This document shows, in pieces, positions 41,894 to 51,527 of a stretch of DNA of 64,000 nucleotides; within the stretch, counting starts at the first letter, position 1, and the number at the start of each line of letters is the position of its first letter. Source of the DNA: a bacterium. GTDB lineage: Bacteria > JAMCPX01. Both the position numbers and the translations under genes were made by a program. The notes under the pieces are model-generated. The model had not been told where the DNA came from, searched no databases, and saw only the letters and a list, made by a program, of their open reading frames with translations. The stretch lies in contig JAJYUJ010000008.1 of the NCBI GenBank assembly GCA_021792615.1, forward strand, positions 11,900-75,899, written 5' to 3'.

Positions 41894-41971
41894 AAAACAA
41901 TGGTGTTGGACTTACCCGTCGAACCCCTTTTTATAGAAGGGCAGGACTTTTTGTGATAAAGACCATGGTGT

Positions 41972-42715
41972 ATGAAGATACTGGTGTGCGTAAAACAGGT
42001 GTCTGTGCCCGGGACGTATCCGGCCGCCGACAAGCCCCCCCCGGGGTTCCGGATCAACAGTTATGACGAGTATGCGCTTGAAGAAGCGCTGCTGTTGAAA
42101 GAGCGTATCGAAAAGACAACCGTGCATGCCGTTTCTGCGGGACCGGAAAGGGTTACCGCGGTTATCAAGCGGGCAATGGAAATGGGCGCAGACCAGGGCA
42201 TGCATATCCGGTATGAACAAGAAGAGCAGCTCACGCCGTATCAGGTTGCGACGCTGATTGCATCGTATGCGCGGGATCGACAGTACGATATTATTCTGAC
42301 CGGCGTCATGGCGGATGACGATATGCAGATGCAGACAGGGCAGATGATTGCCGGGATACTCGGTTATCCGTATGCATCGTCTGTAGTCAGCCATGAGATT
42401 CGGGAGGGCAGGACGATGTACGTTGAAAGGGAGTGCGATGCACGCCAGAGGCAGTGTCTTGAAATAGAAATGCCCTGTGTGCTTACCATTCAGTCAGGCA
42501 TCAACAGGCCGCGCTATCCATCGCTTTCGAATATCCTGAGGGCAAAACAGCAGAAGATTGAATCTATCAATGCCCTTGACCTGCCTGAGGCCAGGGAAAC
42601 AGAGGTAAGGCTCTTTTCGCCCGGGATAAAACCAAAGGGGACGATCCTGCAGGGTACCCGGAGGGAAAAGGCAGTACAACTGCTCGAAATTCTGCATGAG
42701 AAAGCCCTTCTTTAA
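41972..42715 (+). CDS. etfB: Electron transfer flavoprotein beta subunit
   Basis: MKILVCVKQV, DEYALEEAL, MGAD, PRYPS. Confidence 0.92.
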   Translation: MKILVCVKQVSVPGTYPAADKPPPGFRINSYDEYALEEALLLKERIEKTTVHAVSAGPERVTAVIKRAMEMGADQGMHIRYEQEEQLTPYQVATLIASYARDRQYDIILTGVMADDDMQMQTGQMIAGILGYPYASSVVSHEIREGRTMYVERECDARQRQCLEIEMPCVLTIQSGINRPRYPSLSNILRAKQQKIESINALDLPEARETEVRLFSPGIKPKGTILQGTRREKAVQLLEILHEKALL

Positions 42716-42729
42716 AGGAACGTGCATGC

Positions 42730-43722
42730 ATGAGAAATAAGATCGCAGTCATAGCCCAGCATGCAGACAACAGGATCGATCCTGTTACGTATGAAGCGGT
42801 ATCCTGTGCCCTGGAGTTATGTGCAGGAGAGACTTCATGCATTCAAATTATCGTTCCAGGCGACCGGGTAGAAAAGGTCGCGCAGGAAATATCCGGGGAA
42901 ACAGGTATTGACACCATAGCCCTGGAAAACGAACTCCTGAAAATCTACAACGCAGAGGCATACACATCAGCGCTTGTCACTTTTTTCAGGCAACGGGCAC
43001 CCGGATATATTCTTATACCGCATACATCCGTGGGTTACGATTTTGCACCGTTGCTTGCCATCAAACTCGAGGCATCCTGCATAACGGCAGTGAAGCAGGT
43101 AAACGGTTCGGATGGGACCACGGCATTTGTGCATGAGGTTTTTGACGGGAGGCTTTACGCCGAGGTTGTTTCAAAAACAAAAACCACGGTGATAACTATC
43201 CAGCCCGGTGCATGGGAACCCCTCGGCAGGCAACCGGGCAAAAGCGGCATTGTTGAGACAAGGAACGTAACGGTTAATCCGGGGAAAACCAGGACTATCG
43301 CATTCAGGCAATCAGATTATCAAGGGGCAGCTCTGGCAAACAGCGAGGTTATCGTATCCGCAGGAAGGGGCATCGGCAAAAAAGAAAACCTGTCATTGAT
43401 ATATGAAGTTGCAAAACTATTCCCGCGTTCCGCTCTGGGCTGTTCGAGGGCGGTGTGCGATGCCGGATGGCTTGAATACAGTCACCAGGTGGGCATAACC
43501 GGTTCGACGGTATCGCCGAAGCTCTATTTTGCAATCGGCATATCCGGAGCCGTTCAGCATATCACCGGCATAAAGGGTGCACAGGTGATTGTTGCGGTAA
43601 ACAGCGATCCCGCCGCGAGGTTTTTCACCATTGCGGACTATTGTATCGTGGAGGACCTGACGCAGTTCATACCCACCCTTGTCGAAGAATTCAAAAAAAA
43701 GTACGGCTCTTTCTCAAAATAA
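42730..43722 (+). CDS. etfA: Electron transfer flavoprotein alpha subunit
   Basis: VSAGRG, SRAVCDAGW, QVGITG, GISGAVQH. Confidence 0.93.
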   Translation: MRNKIAVIAQHADNRIDPVTYEAVSCALELCAGETSCIQIIVPGDRVEKVAQEISGETGIDTIALENELLKIYNAEAYTSALVTFFRQRAPGYILIPHTSVGYDFAPLLAIKLEASCITAVKQVNGSDGTTAFVHEVFDGRLYAEVVSKTKTTVITIQPGAWEPLGRQPGKSGIVETRNVTVNPGKTRTIAFRQSDYQGAALANSEVIVSAGRGIGKKENLSLIYEVAKLFPRSALGCSRAVCDAGWLEYSHQVGITGSTVSPKLYFAIGISGAVQHITGIKGAQVIVAVNSDPAARFFTIADYCIVEDLTQFIPTLVEEFKKKYGSFSK

Positions 43723-43797
43723 TTTTGAAACGGGAGAAAACCCTTTTCTTACGATCGCAAATAGGGTAAGAGACACCATGAGGATAAACCAGGAGCT

Positions 43798-44571
43798 ATG
43801 AAAAAATCAAAACCAATAATGCATAAACTAGGCAGCGCGGCCGTGAAAACCGGTGTTATCGTAGGGAATACGATCGTAGAAAACTATAAAAAAATAGACC
43901 CTGATGTTATTCGCCATCTCTTGCAGGTTCCCCTGCTCAGCTATTCTCTTTTCGTGTCAAGACATGAAAAGATCGATCCCGGCAAGCCGGACGGACACCC
44001 TCCCCTTATATTTGTTCACGGACTCGGCGGGAACAGGGGAAACTTCCTTCTCATGTCCTGGTACCTCTGGCTGCTTGGCAGAAAACGCAGTTACAAGATC
44101 CACTTCGATGCAGGACAGTCTATACAAGATATGACCGCGGCACTTGCTCGTTTCATACGGGAAGTACTCAAGGTCACGGGGCAGCGGCAGGTCGAAATCG
44201 TTGCCCACAGCCTTGGCGGACTGGTTGCACGTATGGCAATCAAGAAATACAGGCTTTCGCATCATGTCAAGACCCTCATCACCCTGGGCAGCCCGCACCA
44301 TGGGACATACTCCGCACGCTACGCAAACACGGCGATAACGAGAGAGATCAGGCCCAACAGCAAACTCATAAAGGAGCTGGAGAAACAGCCCTGGCCAAAG
44401 GGCGTACGAGGCGTAACATTCTGGAGCAGGAGCGATCTCCTGGTCATACCGCCGGAGTCCGCTGCTATGGACGGTACAACGCAGGTCGAGGTTACACCGT
44501 TTACGCATTACAGTTACCTTATCGATCCGAAAAGCTGGGCTGCTGTTCAACGTGCCCTCGAGAACGGATAA
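43798..44571 (+). CDS. Alpha/beta hydrolase (lipase/esterase)
   Basis: FVHGLGG, AHSLGG, LGSPHHGT, putative Asp and His of the triad. Confidence 0.9.
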   Translation: MKKSKPIMHKLGSAAVKTGVIVGNTIVENYKKIDPDVIRHLLQVPLLSYSLFVSRHEKIDPGKPDGHPPLIFVHGLGGNRGNFLLMSWYLWLLGRKRSYKIHFDAGQSIQDMTAALARFIREVLKVTGQRQVEIVAHSLGGLVARMAIKKYRLSHHVKTLITLGSPHHGTYSARYANTAITREIRPNSKLIKELEKQPWPKGVRGVTFWSRSDLLVIPPESAAMDGTTQVEVTPFTHYSYLIDPKSWAAVQRALENG

Positions 44572-44667
44572 ACTCCCGCGAGCACGTGTCCCGATGGACA
44601 GAAACCAGCACCATTCTTTTTAGACATCTTCCGGCATTTATGGTAATAACTCACGCAGGAGCAGACC

Positions 44668-45393
44668 GTGGATAAAGATTTCGAGATAGCTTTAATTGTA
44701 CCGTACGTATCCCAGAAGATGCAGATCGTGGAGGCATTTTTAAAAAATACGAAGAAGGAATACAAGCCGGCAGTACTGAAATCCTTCAATCTTTATTGCT
44801 GGTCGTCGAGCGATTCTCTCGGCATCATTTTGTCGTATGATTTTGTTACCTTTCTTCCGCGTTATTTCAACCCCATAAAATCGTTTTCGGCAAAAGTGGA
44901 GGCAAAAATTTACGAGCTCATGGCTTTCGGTGAGAATGAGAGAAAGGAATTCAAAAGTAAATTCATACTGACATCGGACCTTAAATTCATCGGCGACTTC
45001 GATATTTCATTTGCATTGAATAATATTCTCAGGAGAACGAGCACAACGATGGGCAGAAAATATCCGCGGTACAACGCAAGCATCAAAGTCACTTTCAAAT
45101 CGCAAGAGCAATTTATCCAGGAATATACGAAGGACATTTCCAAGGGCGGGATATTTGTTGCTACGGAAAAACTGCTCCCGTTAAATTCAAAGGTGGATTT
45201 GTTGTTGTCTCTTCCGGATTTTCCACGCGGGATCGGAATCATAGGCGAGGTCGTGCATGTTGTCGGCCCGGAACAAGGCAAACAGCCGGGTGGCAGCAGA
45301 ATTGCAGGCATGGGGATCCAGTTTATAGAATTCAAAGGTGATGGACAAAAGGCACTGGAGGGGTACTTTAAATCCCTGGACAAGGAACCATAG
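44668..45393 (+). CDS. PilZ-domain protein (TIGR02266-like)
   Basis: RKYPR..DISKGGIF..GEVV..GMGIQF. Confidence 0.85.
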   Translation: MDKDFEIALIVPYVSQKMQIVEAFLKNTKKEYKPAVLKSFNLYCWSSSDSLGIILSYDFVTFLPRYFNPIKSFSAKVEAKIYELMAFGENERKEFKSKFILTSDLKFIGDFDISFALNNILRRTSTTMGRKYPRYNASIKVTFKSQEQFIQEYTKDISKGGIFVATEKLLPLNSKVDLLLSLPDFPRGIGIIGEVVHVVGPEQGKQPGGSRIAGMGIQFIEFKGDGQKALEGYFKSLDKEP

Positions 45394-45440
45394 ATACCGC
45401 TTCCCCCATCGCATCGTCACAAACTCTTTGCTTGCAGCGG

Positions 45441-45695
45441 ATAACCCGAAAAATGCAATAAGGAAATTTACTTATTCCCGCGATCCACAACCCCCTCATT
45501 CCCCCTTGACAGGGAAAATCATTTCTTAGGGGGCTGAATTTTCTTCTTTTCATTTCCTCTCCTCTTAGGAGAGGATTAAGGTGAGGTCTATGGTCGTCTT
45601 CATGAGACCTCATCCGCACCCTTCCCTGCCGGGTGGGTACCCCATCGCTCATTGCATAAACTTCCTTATTTTTAATACACACGCTCCCGGGTCAA
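45441..45695 (-). mobile_element. MITE-like element, type II copy C (same ends, palindromic-repeat cargo)
   Basis: CCCGAAAAATGCAATAAGG..CCCGCGATCCAC and ATCGCTCATTGCATAAAC are shared with type I; the interior is different and near-identical to 51193-51474. Confidence 0.85.
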
Positions 45696-45702
45696 CCCGT
45701 GC

Positions 45703-46854
45703 CTACTTAACCTGCCAGCGCTTTGAAACGAATGACAGTACAAACGGTGTAATCAGGGTCGTTACCACGACCATAAAGATAATGATCGCATATACCCGGC
45801 TGCTGATAACGCCCATGTTCAGCCCGATAAGGGCGACGATCATGCCGACCTCTCCCCGCGGTATCATGCCCAGCCCCACGAAGTTCATTACCCCGAACCC
45901 GTAGCGAAAAGCACCGAGTCCGCAGCCGATATATTTACCGGCTATGGCTATCATGGTGTAGACGGCGGCTATAAGAAGGATGCTGCTGCTGAAAAGCAGG
46001 TGCGGCTGGATCTTCATGCCAATCATGACAAAAAAGAATGGGACCAGAAACTCATAGATGGAGTCGAACATGTCCCCGAGGTGCCTGTCCTCGAGTTCGG
46101 CCATGAGCAATCCCGCAAAAAAAGCGCCGACAATACTTGCCATGCCAATATACGACGTCAAAAACGAGAGGCCGAGGAGCACGGTCATACTCAGGATGAA
46201 TTCGTTTTTCTCCAGCTTCATTTTTTCCAGCCGTGTCTTGAGCATTTTTATTGATCTGCTGCCGATAAGGAAAATACCTGCAAGAAACAAAACGACGATA
46301 AAGAATAAGGACAGAATTTTATAAACGTCGATGCTGCCGTTAGTCTCACCGGTTACGGCCGCAAGCACGAGTAAGCCCAGGATATCATCGGCAACAGCCG
46401 CGCCGAGTATGAGCTTTGCCGAAACAGTATGCCCGAGCTCCATATCTTTCAAAACCCGTGCGGTTATGCCTACCGATGTGGCGACCAGTGCCGTTGCGAC
46501 AAACAACGCCTCTATGCCCCTATGGCCGGTGAAGAGGATGAAGAAATAGCCGAGTACCATGGGTAGTGCGACACCGAGCGTTGCTACGATGGTCGCATCG
46601 ATGCCGATTTTCAGCATGTCTTTCAGCCGTGTGTGGAGGCCGACGACAAACAAGAGCATCATTGCCCCGAGCTCGGAAAATGCATCGAGCACCGGCGTTT
46701 CTTTGATAAGGTGCAGCCCGCCGGCGCCGAGAACGAGGCCCGCTGCGATCTCGCCGATCATCGGAGGTATATGGATTTTTTGGAAAATATAGTTGAAAAG
46801 TTTGGCGCTTACGAAAATAAGGAAGAGGTCGAAGAGGATGCCGGTGTGTTCCAT
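45703..46854 (-). CDS. CPA2 cation:proton antiporter (NapA-like)
   Basis: ATSVGIT, AAVADDI, PFFFV, PRGEV; many TM helices. Confidence 0.92.
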   Translation of the reverse strand: MEHTGILFDLFLIFVSAKLFNYIFQKIHIPPMIGEIAAGLVLGAGGLHLIKETPVLDAFSELGAMMLLFVVGLHTRLKDMLKIGIDATIVATLGVALPMVLGYFFILFTGHRGIEALFVATALVATSVGITARVLKDMELGHTVSAKLILGAAVADDILGLLVLAAVTGETNGSIDVYKILSLFFIVVLFLAGIFLIGSRSIKMLKTRLEKMKLEKNEFILSMTVLLGLSFLTSYIGMASIVGAFFAGLLMAELEDRHLGDMFDSIYEFLVPFFFVMIGMKIQPHLLFSSSILLIAAVYTMIAIAGKYIGCGLGAFRYGFGVMNFVGLGMIPRGEVGMIVALIGLNMGVISSRVYAIIIFMVVVTTLITPFVLSFVSKRWQVK

Positions 46855-48683
46855 TATTCCACGGTAACGCTTTTGGCCAGGTTCTTGGGCTGGTCAACAT
46901 CAGTGCCGTTGATTACCGCGATATGATATGCGAGCAACTGGAGGGGGACGATCGAAAGTATGGGGGTGAAGAGTTCGTCGATCTCGGGGAGCAAAAAGAA
47001 CGAATCCGAGAGGTTCTGGATCTCGTTGTTGCCTGCGTTCGTAAAACTGATGATCTTCCCGTCCCTTGCCTTTACCTCTTCCATGTTGTTTTTTATCTTT
47101 TCATAGACCTTGCCTTTAACGGCTATAAAAACGACGGGCATATCTTTATTGACCAGTGCTATGGGGCCATGTTTGATCTCTCCCGCAGGATAGCCCTCTG
47201 CATGGACGTAGGAAATCTCTTTGAGTTTGAGCGCGCCCTCCAGAGCCACAGGGTAGCTTATGCCCCTGCCGAGATAGAGGAAATCAGAGTAGCGTGCATA
47301 TTCCTTTGCAATGGAGACCAGCAGGTCTTCTTGTTTCAGGAGGGTGTCCAGCAGAGACGGAATGGTAACCAGGGTATCGATAGAGAGGGCGGCCTGTTGT
47401 TTCGAAATCCTGCCGAGGCCCCTGCCGATATGTATGGCAAGCAGATAGATCGTGATCAACTGTGCCGTGAACGCCTTTGTGGATGCAACGCTTATCTCGG
47501 GACCCGCATGGGTATAGAGGACGTGGTCCGATTCCCGTGCTATGGTACTGTCTATAACGTTGCAGATACTCAGAACATGACTTCCGTGTTTTTTTGCGAG
47601 ACGCAGGGCTGCAAGCGTGTCCGCGGTCTCGCCGGACTGGGATATGGCAATGGTTAATGTTTCGTTGCCCACAAGCGGCGTTTTATATCTGAATTCGGAT
47701 GCCACGTCGACATCGACGGGGATACCCGTCATCTCCTCGATGATATACTTGCCGGTCAGGCCCGCATGGTAGGATGTACCGCATGCCACAAAATTTATCC
47801 GTTTCAGCGCATGCATGATTTTCCCGTCGATCCCGGCCTCTTTGAGGTCTATCTCTTTTTTATCGAACAGCAGCCGGTCCCGCATGGTGTCCGTTATTGC
47901 CTGCGGCTGTTCGAAAATTTCTTTTTGCATAAAATGCTTGTATCCGCCTTTTTCCGCCATCGCCGGGCTGATATCGAACTGTTTTGGATTCACGGGCAGC
48001 GGGCTGCCGGTGAAATCAAAAAGCTTTACATCCTCAGCGGTGATAACGGCAATGGTCCCGTCGTTCATAAACAGCATTTTGTTGGTGTACGGCAGGATTG
48101 CAGGCATGTCCGAGGCGAATATATTCTCGCTGTTGCCAAACCCCAGCACCAGGGGGCTTGCCTCCCGTACGGCTATGAGCTTGTCCGGGTTCTTTGCGTA
48201 CAGGACACCGAGTGCAAAGGAGCCCCTCAATTGGTTAACCGAAGCAAGGACCGCTTGTTCGAACGGCTCTCCGGACTTGATATGGTCTTCTATAAGATGT
48301 GCTATGATCTCGGTATCGGTTTCCGACTTGAAGTGGTGCCCCCGGTCCTTCAGCATTGCTCTGAGTTCCGTATAGTTTTCTATAATGCCGTTATGGATGA
48401 CAACAACGTCTCCTGCCCTGTGGGGGTGGGCGTTTTCATCTGAGGGTTTACCGTGTGTTGCCCAGCGCGTATGACCGAGACCTGTTGTCCCGTTTATCGT
48501 TTCATGCCGGACGACCTCGATAAGATCTTTTATCTTCCCTTTTTTTCTCCGTACGATAAGCCCGTCATCCGTCAGGATAGCGACACCGGAAGAATCGTAT
48601 CCCCGGTACTCCAGCCTTTTCAGGCCGTCGAGGATAATGGGAAGTGCATGCCTCTTGCCTATGTACCCGACGATGCCGCACAT
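46854..48683 (-). CDS. glmS: Glutamine--fructose-6-phosphate aminotransferase
   Basis: MCGIVG, LEYRGYDS, GHTRWATHG, NLAKSVTVE. Confidence 0.98.
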   Translation of the reverse strand: MCGIVGYIGKRHALPIILDGLKRLEYRGYDSSGVAILTDDGLIVRRKKGKIKDLIEVVRHETINGTTGLGHTRWATHGKPSDENAHPHRAGDVVVIHNGIIENYTELRAMLKDRGHHFKSETDTEIIAHLIEDHIKSGEPFEQAVLASVNQLRGSFALGVLYAKNPDKLIAVREASPLVLGFGNSENIFASDMPAILPYTNKMLFMNDGTIAVITAEDVKLFDFTGSPLPVNPKQFDISPAMAEKGGYKHFMQKEIFEQPQAITDTMRDRLLFDKKEIDLKEAGIDGKIMHALKRINFVACGTSYHAGLTGKYIIEEMTGIPVDVDVASEFRYKTPLVGNETLTIAISQSGETADTLAALRLAKKHGSHVLSICNVIDSTIARESDHVLYTHAGPEISVASTKAFTAQLITIYLLAIHIGRGLGRISKQQAALSIDTLVTIPSLLDTLLKQEDLLVSIAKEYARYSDFLYLGRGISYPVALEGALKLKEISYVHAEGYPAGEIKHGPIALVNKDMPVVFIAVKGKVYEKIKNNMEEVKARDGKIISFTNAGNNEIQNLSDSFFLLPEIDELFTPILSIVPLQLLAYHIAVINGTDVDQPKNLAKSVTVE

Positions 48684-50074
48684 TATCTGCCGCCGAGCTT
48701 GCTTTTTCTCTTCATCGCATACCCCTCGATTGTCCTCTGCTCGGAACGCTCGATGCCGAGAGCTCCCGGGGGCACGTCCTTGGTAATGGCCGATGCGGCC
48801 CCGATTATGGCCCCCCTGCCGACGCGGACCGGAGCAACAAGGGCTGTATCGCTTCCGATAAATGCCTCGTCCTCAATCACGGTTGGGTTTTTCTTGAACC
48901 CGTCATAGTTGCAGGTAATCGTACCGGCGCCAACATTCACCCTGCTGCCTATGGTCGCATCGCCGATATACGAGAGATGGTTTACCTTCGAACCCTTGCC
49001 GATGGAGGATTTTTTGACTTCGACAAAGTTGCCGATGCGGACATTTTCATCGAGGACCGTCTCGGGCCGCAACCGGGCAAAGGGGCCTATTATCGCATCC
49101 TTGCCCACGATACTCTGCTCTATGACACTGTACGGCTTAATTTCTACCCCGTCGTTTATTTTGGAATCTTTTATAATCGTTCCGTTCCAGATAATGCACC
49201 GTTTCCCTATTTTTGTCCCGTTCATGAGAAAACTGTTCGGATAGACGATGCTGTCCTTACCGATGACGACATCCTGTTCGATGTAAGTGGTGCCGGGATC
49301 GAAGATCGTAACACCGCTCGCCATAAGTCTGTTCAACTTGCGCTGATTGAGTATGCTCTCGGAGTGCGCCAGTGCCTTCCTGTTGTTGACGCCAAGTACC
49401 TGGTCCGCATCGTCGGTATGGTAGTTCATTACCTTTTTTTTCATGGACTGCAGGATGCTGATGATATCGGTGAGATAGTATTCCCCGGTAACCTCGGAGG
49501 GCTTGACACGCTCCAAAGCCTTCAGGAGCAGCTTGCAGGACGCCAGGTAAATACCCGCGTTGATCTCTTTCACTTTTTTCACCTTATCGTCTGCGTCATT
49601 TTCTTCTACGATCTTGAATTTGCCCGCCTTTTTGATGACCCTCCCGTACCCTTCCGGATTGTCCAGCGTGGAGGTTATAAACCCGAGAGATGCTTTGGAT
49701 GCCTTGTAGTGTTCATAAAAATCCTTGATAAGCACATGTTTTATCAACGGCACATCGCCATTCAGAATCAGAACATCACCCTCGAGTTCAGAGAGCTCCT
49801 GAGATGCGGAACGAACCGCATCCGCGGTACCGAGCTGTTTGTCCTGGTGGACAAATATGGCGTCTTCATACCTCTTTGCAACATAGTCCATGATGATTTC
49901 TTTGCCGATGCCAACGACAACGATGACCTTGTCGGAAGGCAGATCGATCGCCCTCCTCAGGATGTACTCGATCATCGGCAGTCCGCCGATGGGATGAAAA
50001 ACCTTCGGAATATCGGATTTCATCCGTTTGCCTTCGCCCGCCGCAAGGATAATGGTATAAAGCTTTGTATCCAT
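48683..50074 (-). CDS. glmU: Bifunctional UDP-GlcNAc pyrophosphorylase/acetyltransferase
   Basis: ILAAGEGKRMKS, GYGR, GNFVEVK, HLSYIGD, ITCNYDG. Confidence 0.98.
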   Translation of the reverse strand: MDTKLYTIILAAGEGKRMKSDIPKVFHPIGGLPMIEYILRRAIDLPSDKVIVVVGIGKEIIMDYVAKRYEDAIFVHQDKQLGTADAVRSASQELSELEGDVLILNGDVPLIKHVLIKDFYEHYKASKASLGFITSTLDNPEGYGRVIKKAGKFKIVEENDADDKVKKVKEINAGIYLASCKLLLKALERVKPSEVTGEYYLTDIISILQSMKKKVMNYHTDDADQVLGVNNRKALAHSESILNQRKLNRLMASGVTIFDPGTTYIEQDVVIGKDSIVYPNSFLMNGTKIGKRCIIWNGTIIKDSKINDGVEIKPYSVIEQSIVGKDAIIGPFARLRPETVLDENVRIGNFVEVKKSSIGKGSKVNHLSYIGDATIGSRVNVGAGTITCNYDGFKKNPTVIEDEAFIGSDTALVAPVRVGRGAIIGAASAITKDVPPGALGIERSEQRTIEGYAMKRKSKLGGR

Positions 50075-50089
50075 GGATATCCTCCCCTG

Positions 50090-50995
50090 TTATTTGATTA
50101 AGAATTTCAATATTGCCTTTTGCATGTGGAGTCTGTTCTCCGCCTGATCAAACACGACCGATTGCCTGCCGTCCAGTACTTCGGATGTTATCTCTTCTCC
50201 CCGGTGAGCGGGAAGGCAGTGCATAACGATTGCATCGCGGCCGGCGTGCTGCAGCAATGTGCCGTTGATCTGGAATCCCTCAAATGCCTTCAGCTTTTCC
50301 ATTCTTACGTTCTCCTGCCCCATGCTGACCCATACGTCGGTATAAACAACGTCCGCATTCCTGACCGCATCAACCGGAGTATTGCACAGCGTTATAGATT
50401 CCGGGCTCATTGCCATTGCCTTTTTCAACACCGCCTGCGGCGGCTTATGCGATTCCGGTGTTGCAATGTTCAGCTTGATGCCGAGTACGCCTGCAGCCTC
50501 AAGCCATGAGTTTAAAACATTGTTGCCGTCGCCGATATAGGCGTAGGTCAGTTTCTTATAATCACCCTTTTTTTCATACACGGTGAGAAGGTCACTGAGT
50601 ATCTGGCATGGATGGGAAAGATCGGAAAGCCCGTTGATGACAGGCACGGATGCCGCATCAGCAAGTTGGATGACATTGTCATGGGCAAAGGTGCGCAGCA
50701 TGATAGCGTCGACATACCGCGACATAGTGCGGGCAGTGTCCCGGATGGTTTCACCCCGCGAGAGCTGCAGGTCGTTGGAATTGAGGAACAGGGCAGTTCC
50801 GCCGAGCTGGTACATGCCCACTTCAAACGAGATCCTTGTCCTTGTCGAAGATTTTTCGAAGATCATGGCAAGGGTCTTTCCCTTTAACGGCGGCGAGCCT
50901 TTCTTTCCCTTTTTCAGCTTAACCGCTTCTTTTATCAGTCCGTCAATCTCTGCCTTTCTTAGGTCAAATATACTGATCAAATCTCGTTTCGACAT
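50090..50995 (-). CDS. argF: Ornithine carbamoyltransferase
   Basis: STRTR, HPCQ, SMGQE, HCLP, QAENR. Confidence 0.97.
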   Translation of the reverse strand: MSKRDLISIFDLRKAEIDGLIKEAVKLKKGKKGSPPLKGKTLAMIFEKSSTRTRISFEVGMYQLGGTALFLNSNDLQLSRGETIRDTARTMSRYVDAIMLRTFAHDNVIQLADAASVPVINGLSDLSHPCQILSDLLTVYEKKGDYKKLTYAYIGDGNNVLNSWLEAAGVLGIKLNIATPESHKPPQAVLKKAMAMSPESITLCNTPVDAVRNADVVYTDVWVSMGQENVRMEKLKAFEGFQINGTLLQHAGRDAIVMHCLPAHRGEEITSEVLDGRQSVVFDQAENRLHMQKAILKFLIK

Positions 50996-51192
50996 ACCAT
51001 CCTCTTCTCTTTATTTTATCCCGTTGAAAAGTTGAGCCCTGCAGGCACAAACCATTTTGATAAATAAAACGCCTTATCAAAAGGGCATTATTATCACCGC
51101 ATCCTTTCTAACGGGATTTATCCGGATCACAGTACCATGCCTGACTGATTTTATCAAATGGATACGGAAAGTGCGTCTGAAAAATAAATGAG

Positions 51193-51474
51193 GAAACCCG
51201 CATAATGCGTTTTAAAAATAAGGAAGTTTATGCAATGAGTGATGGGGTACCCACCCGGCCGGGAAGGGTGCGGATGAGGTCTCATGAAGACGACCATAGA
51301 CCTCACCTTAATCCTCTCCTAAGAGGAGAGGAAAAGAAAAGAAGAAAATTCAGCCCCCTAAGAAATGATTTTCCCTGTCAAGGGGATAAGTAAGGTCTCC
51401 CCCTGTCAAGGGGGAATGAGGGGGTTGTGGATCGCGGGAATAAGTAAATTTCCTTATTGCATTTTTCGGGTAAC
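51193..51474 (+). mobile_element. MITE-like element, type II copy D, nested in remnants of an older copy
   Basis: Inverted homolog of 45441-45695 with one extra CCCCTGTCAAGGGG unit; element fragments at about 51162-51190 and 51478-51520. Confidence 0.85.
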
Positions 51475-51527
51475 TGTAATGAGCGATGGGATGAAAGGAT
51501 CGCGGAATTGAGTGAAAAATGCTGCCG

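Noticed and set aside
41770-42066. Repeated small ORFs MFICNYPVWF.. (also 6752-7165) and MSDGVPTR.. (45368-45682, 51205-51393)
   Set aside because: They arise from the repeat elements, run into unrelated flanks and resemble no protein family I recognise
48644-50101. Long antisense ORFs (485 aa here; also 52828-53715 and 53685-54671)
   Set aside because: Shadow frames opposite glmU, argB and hslU with no recognisable motifs
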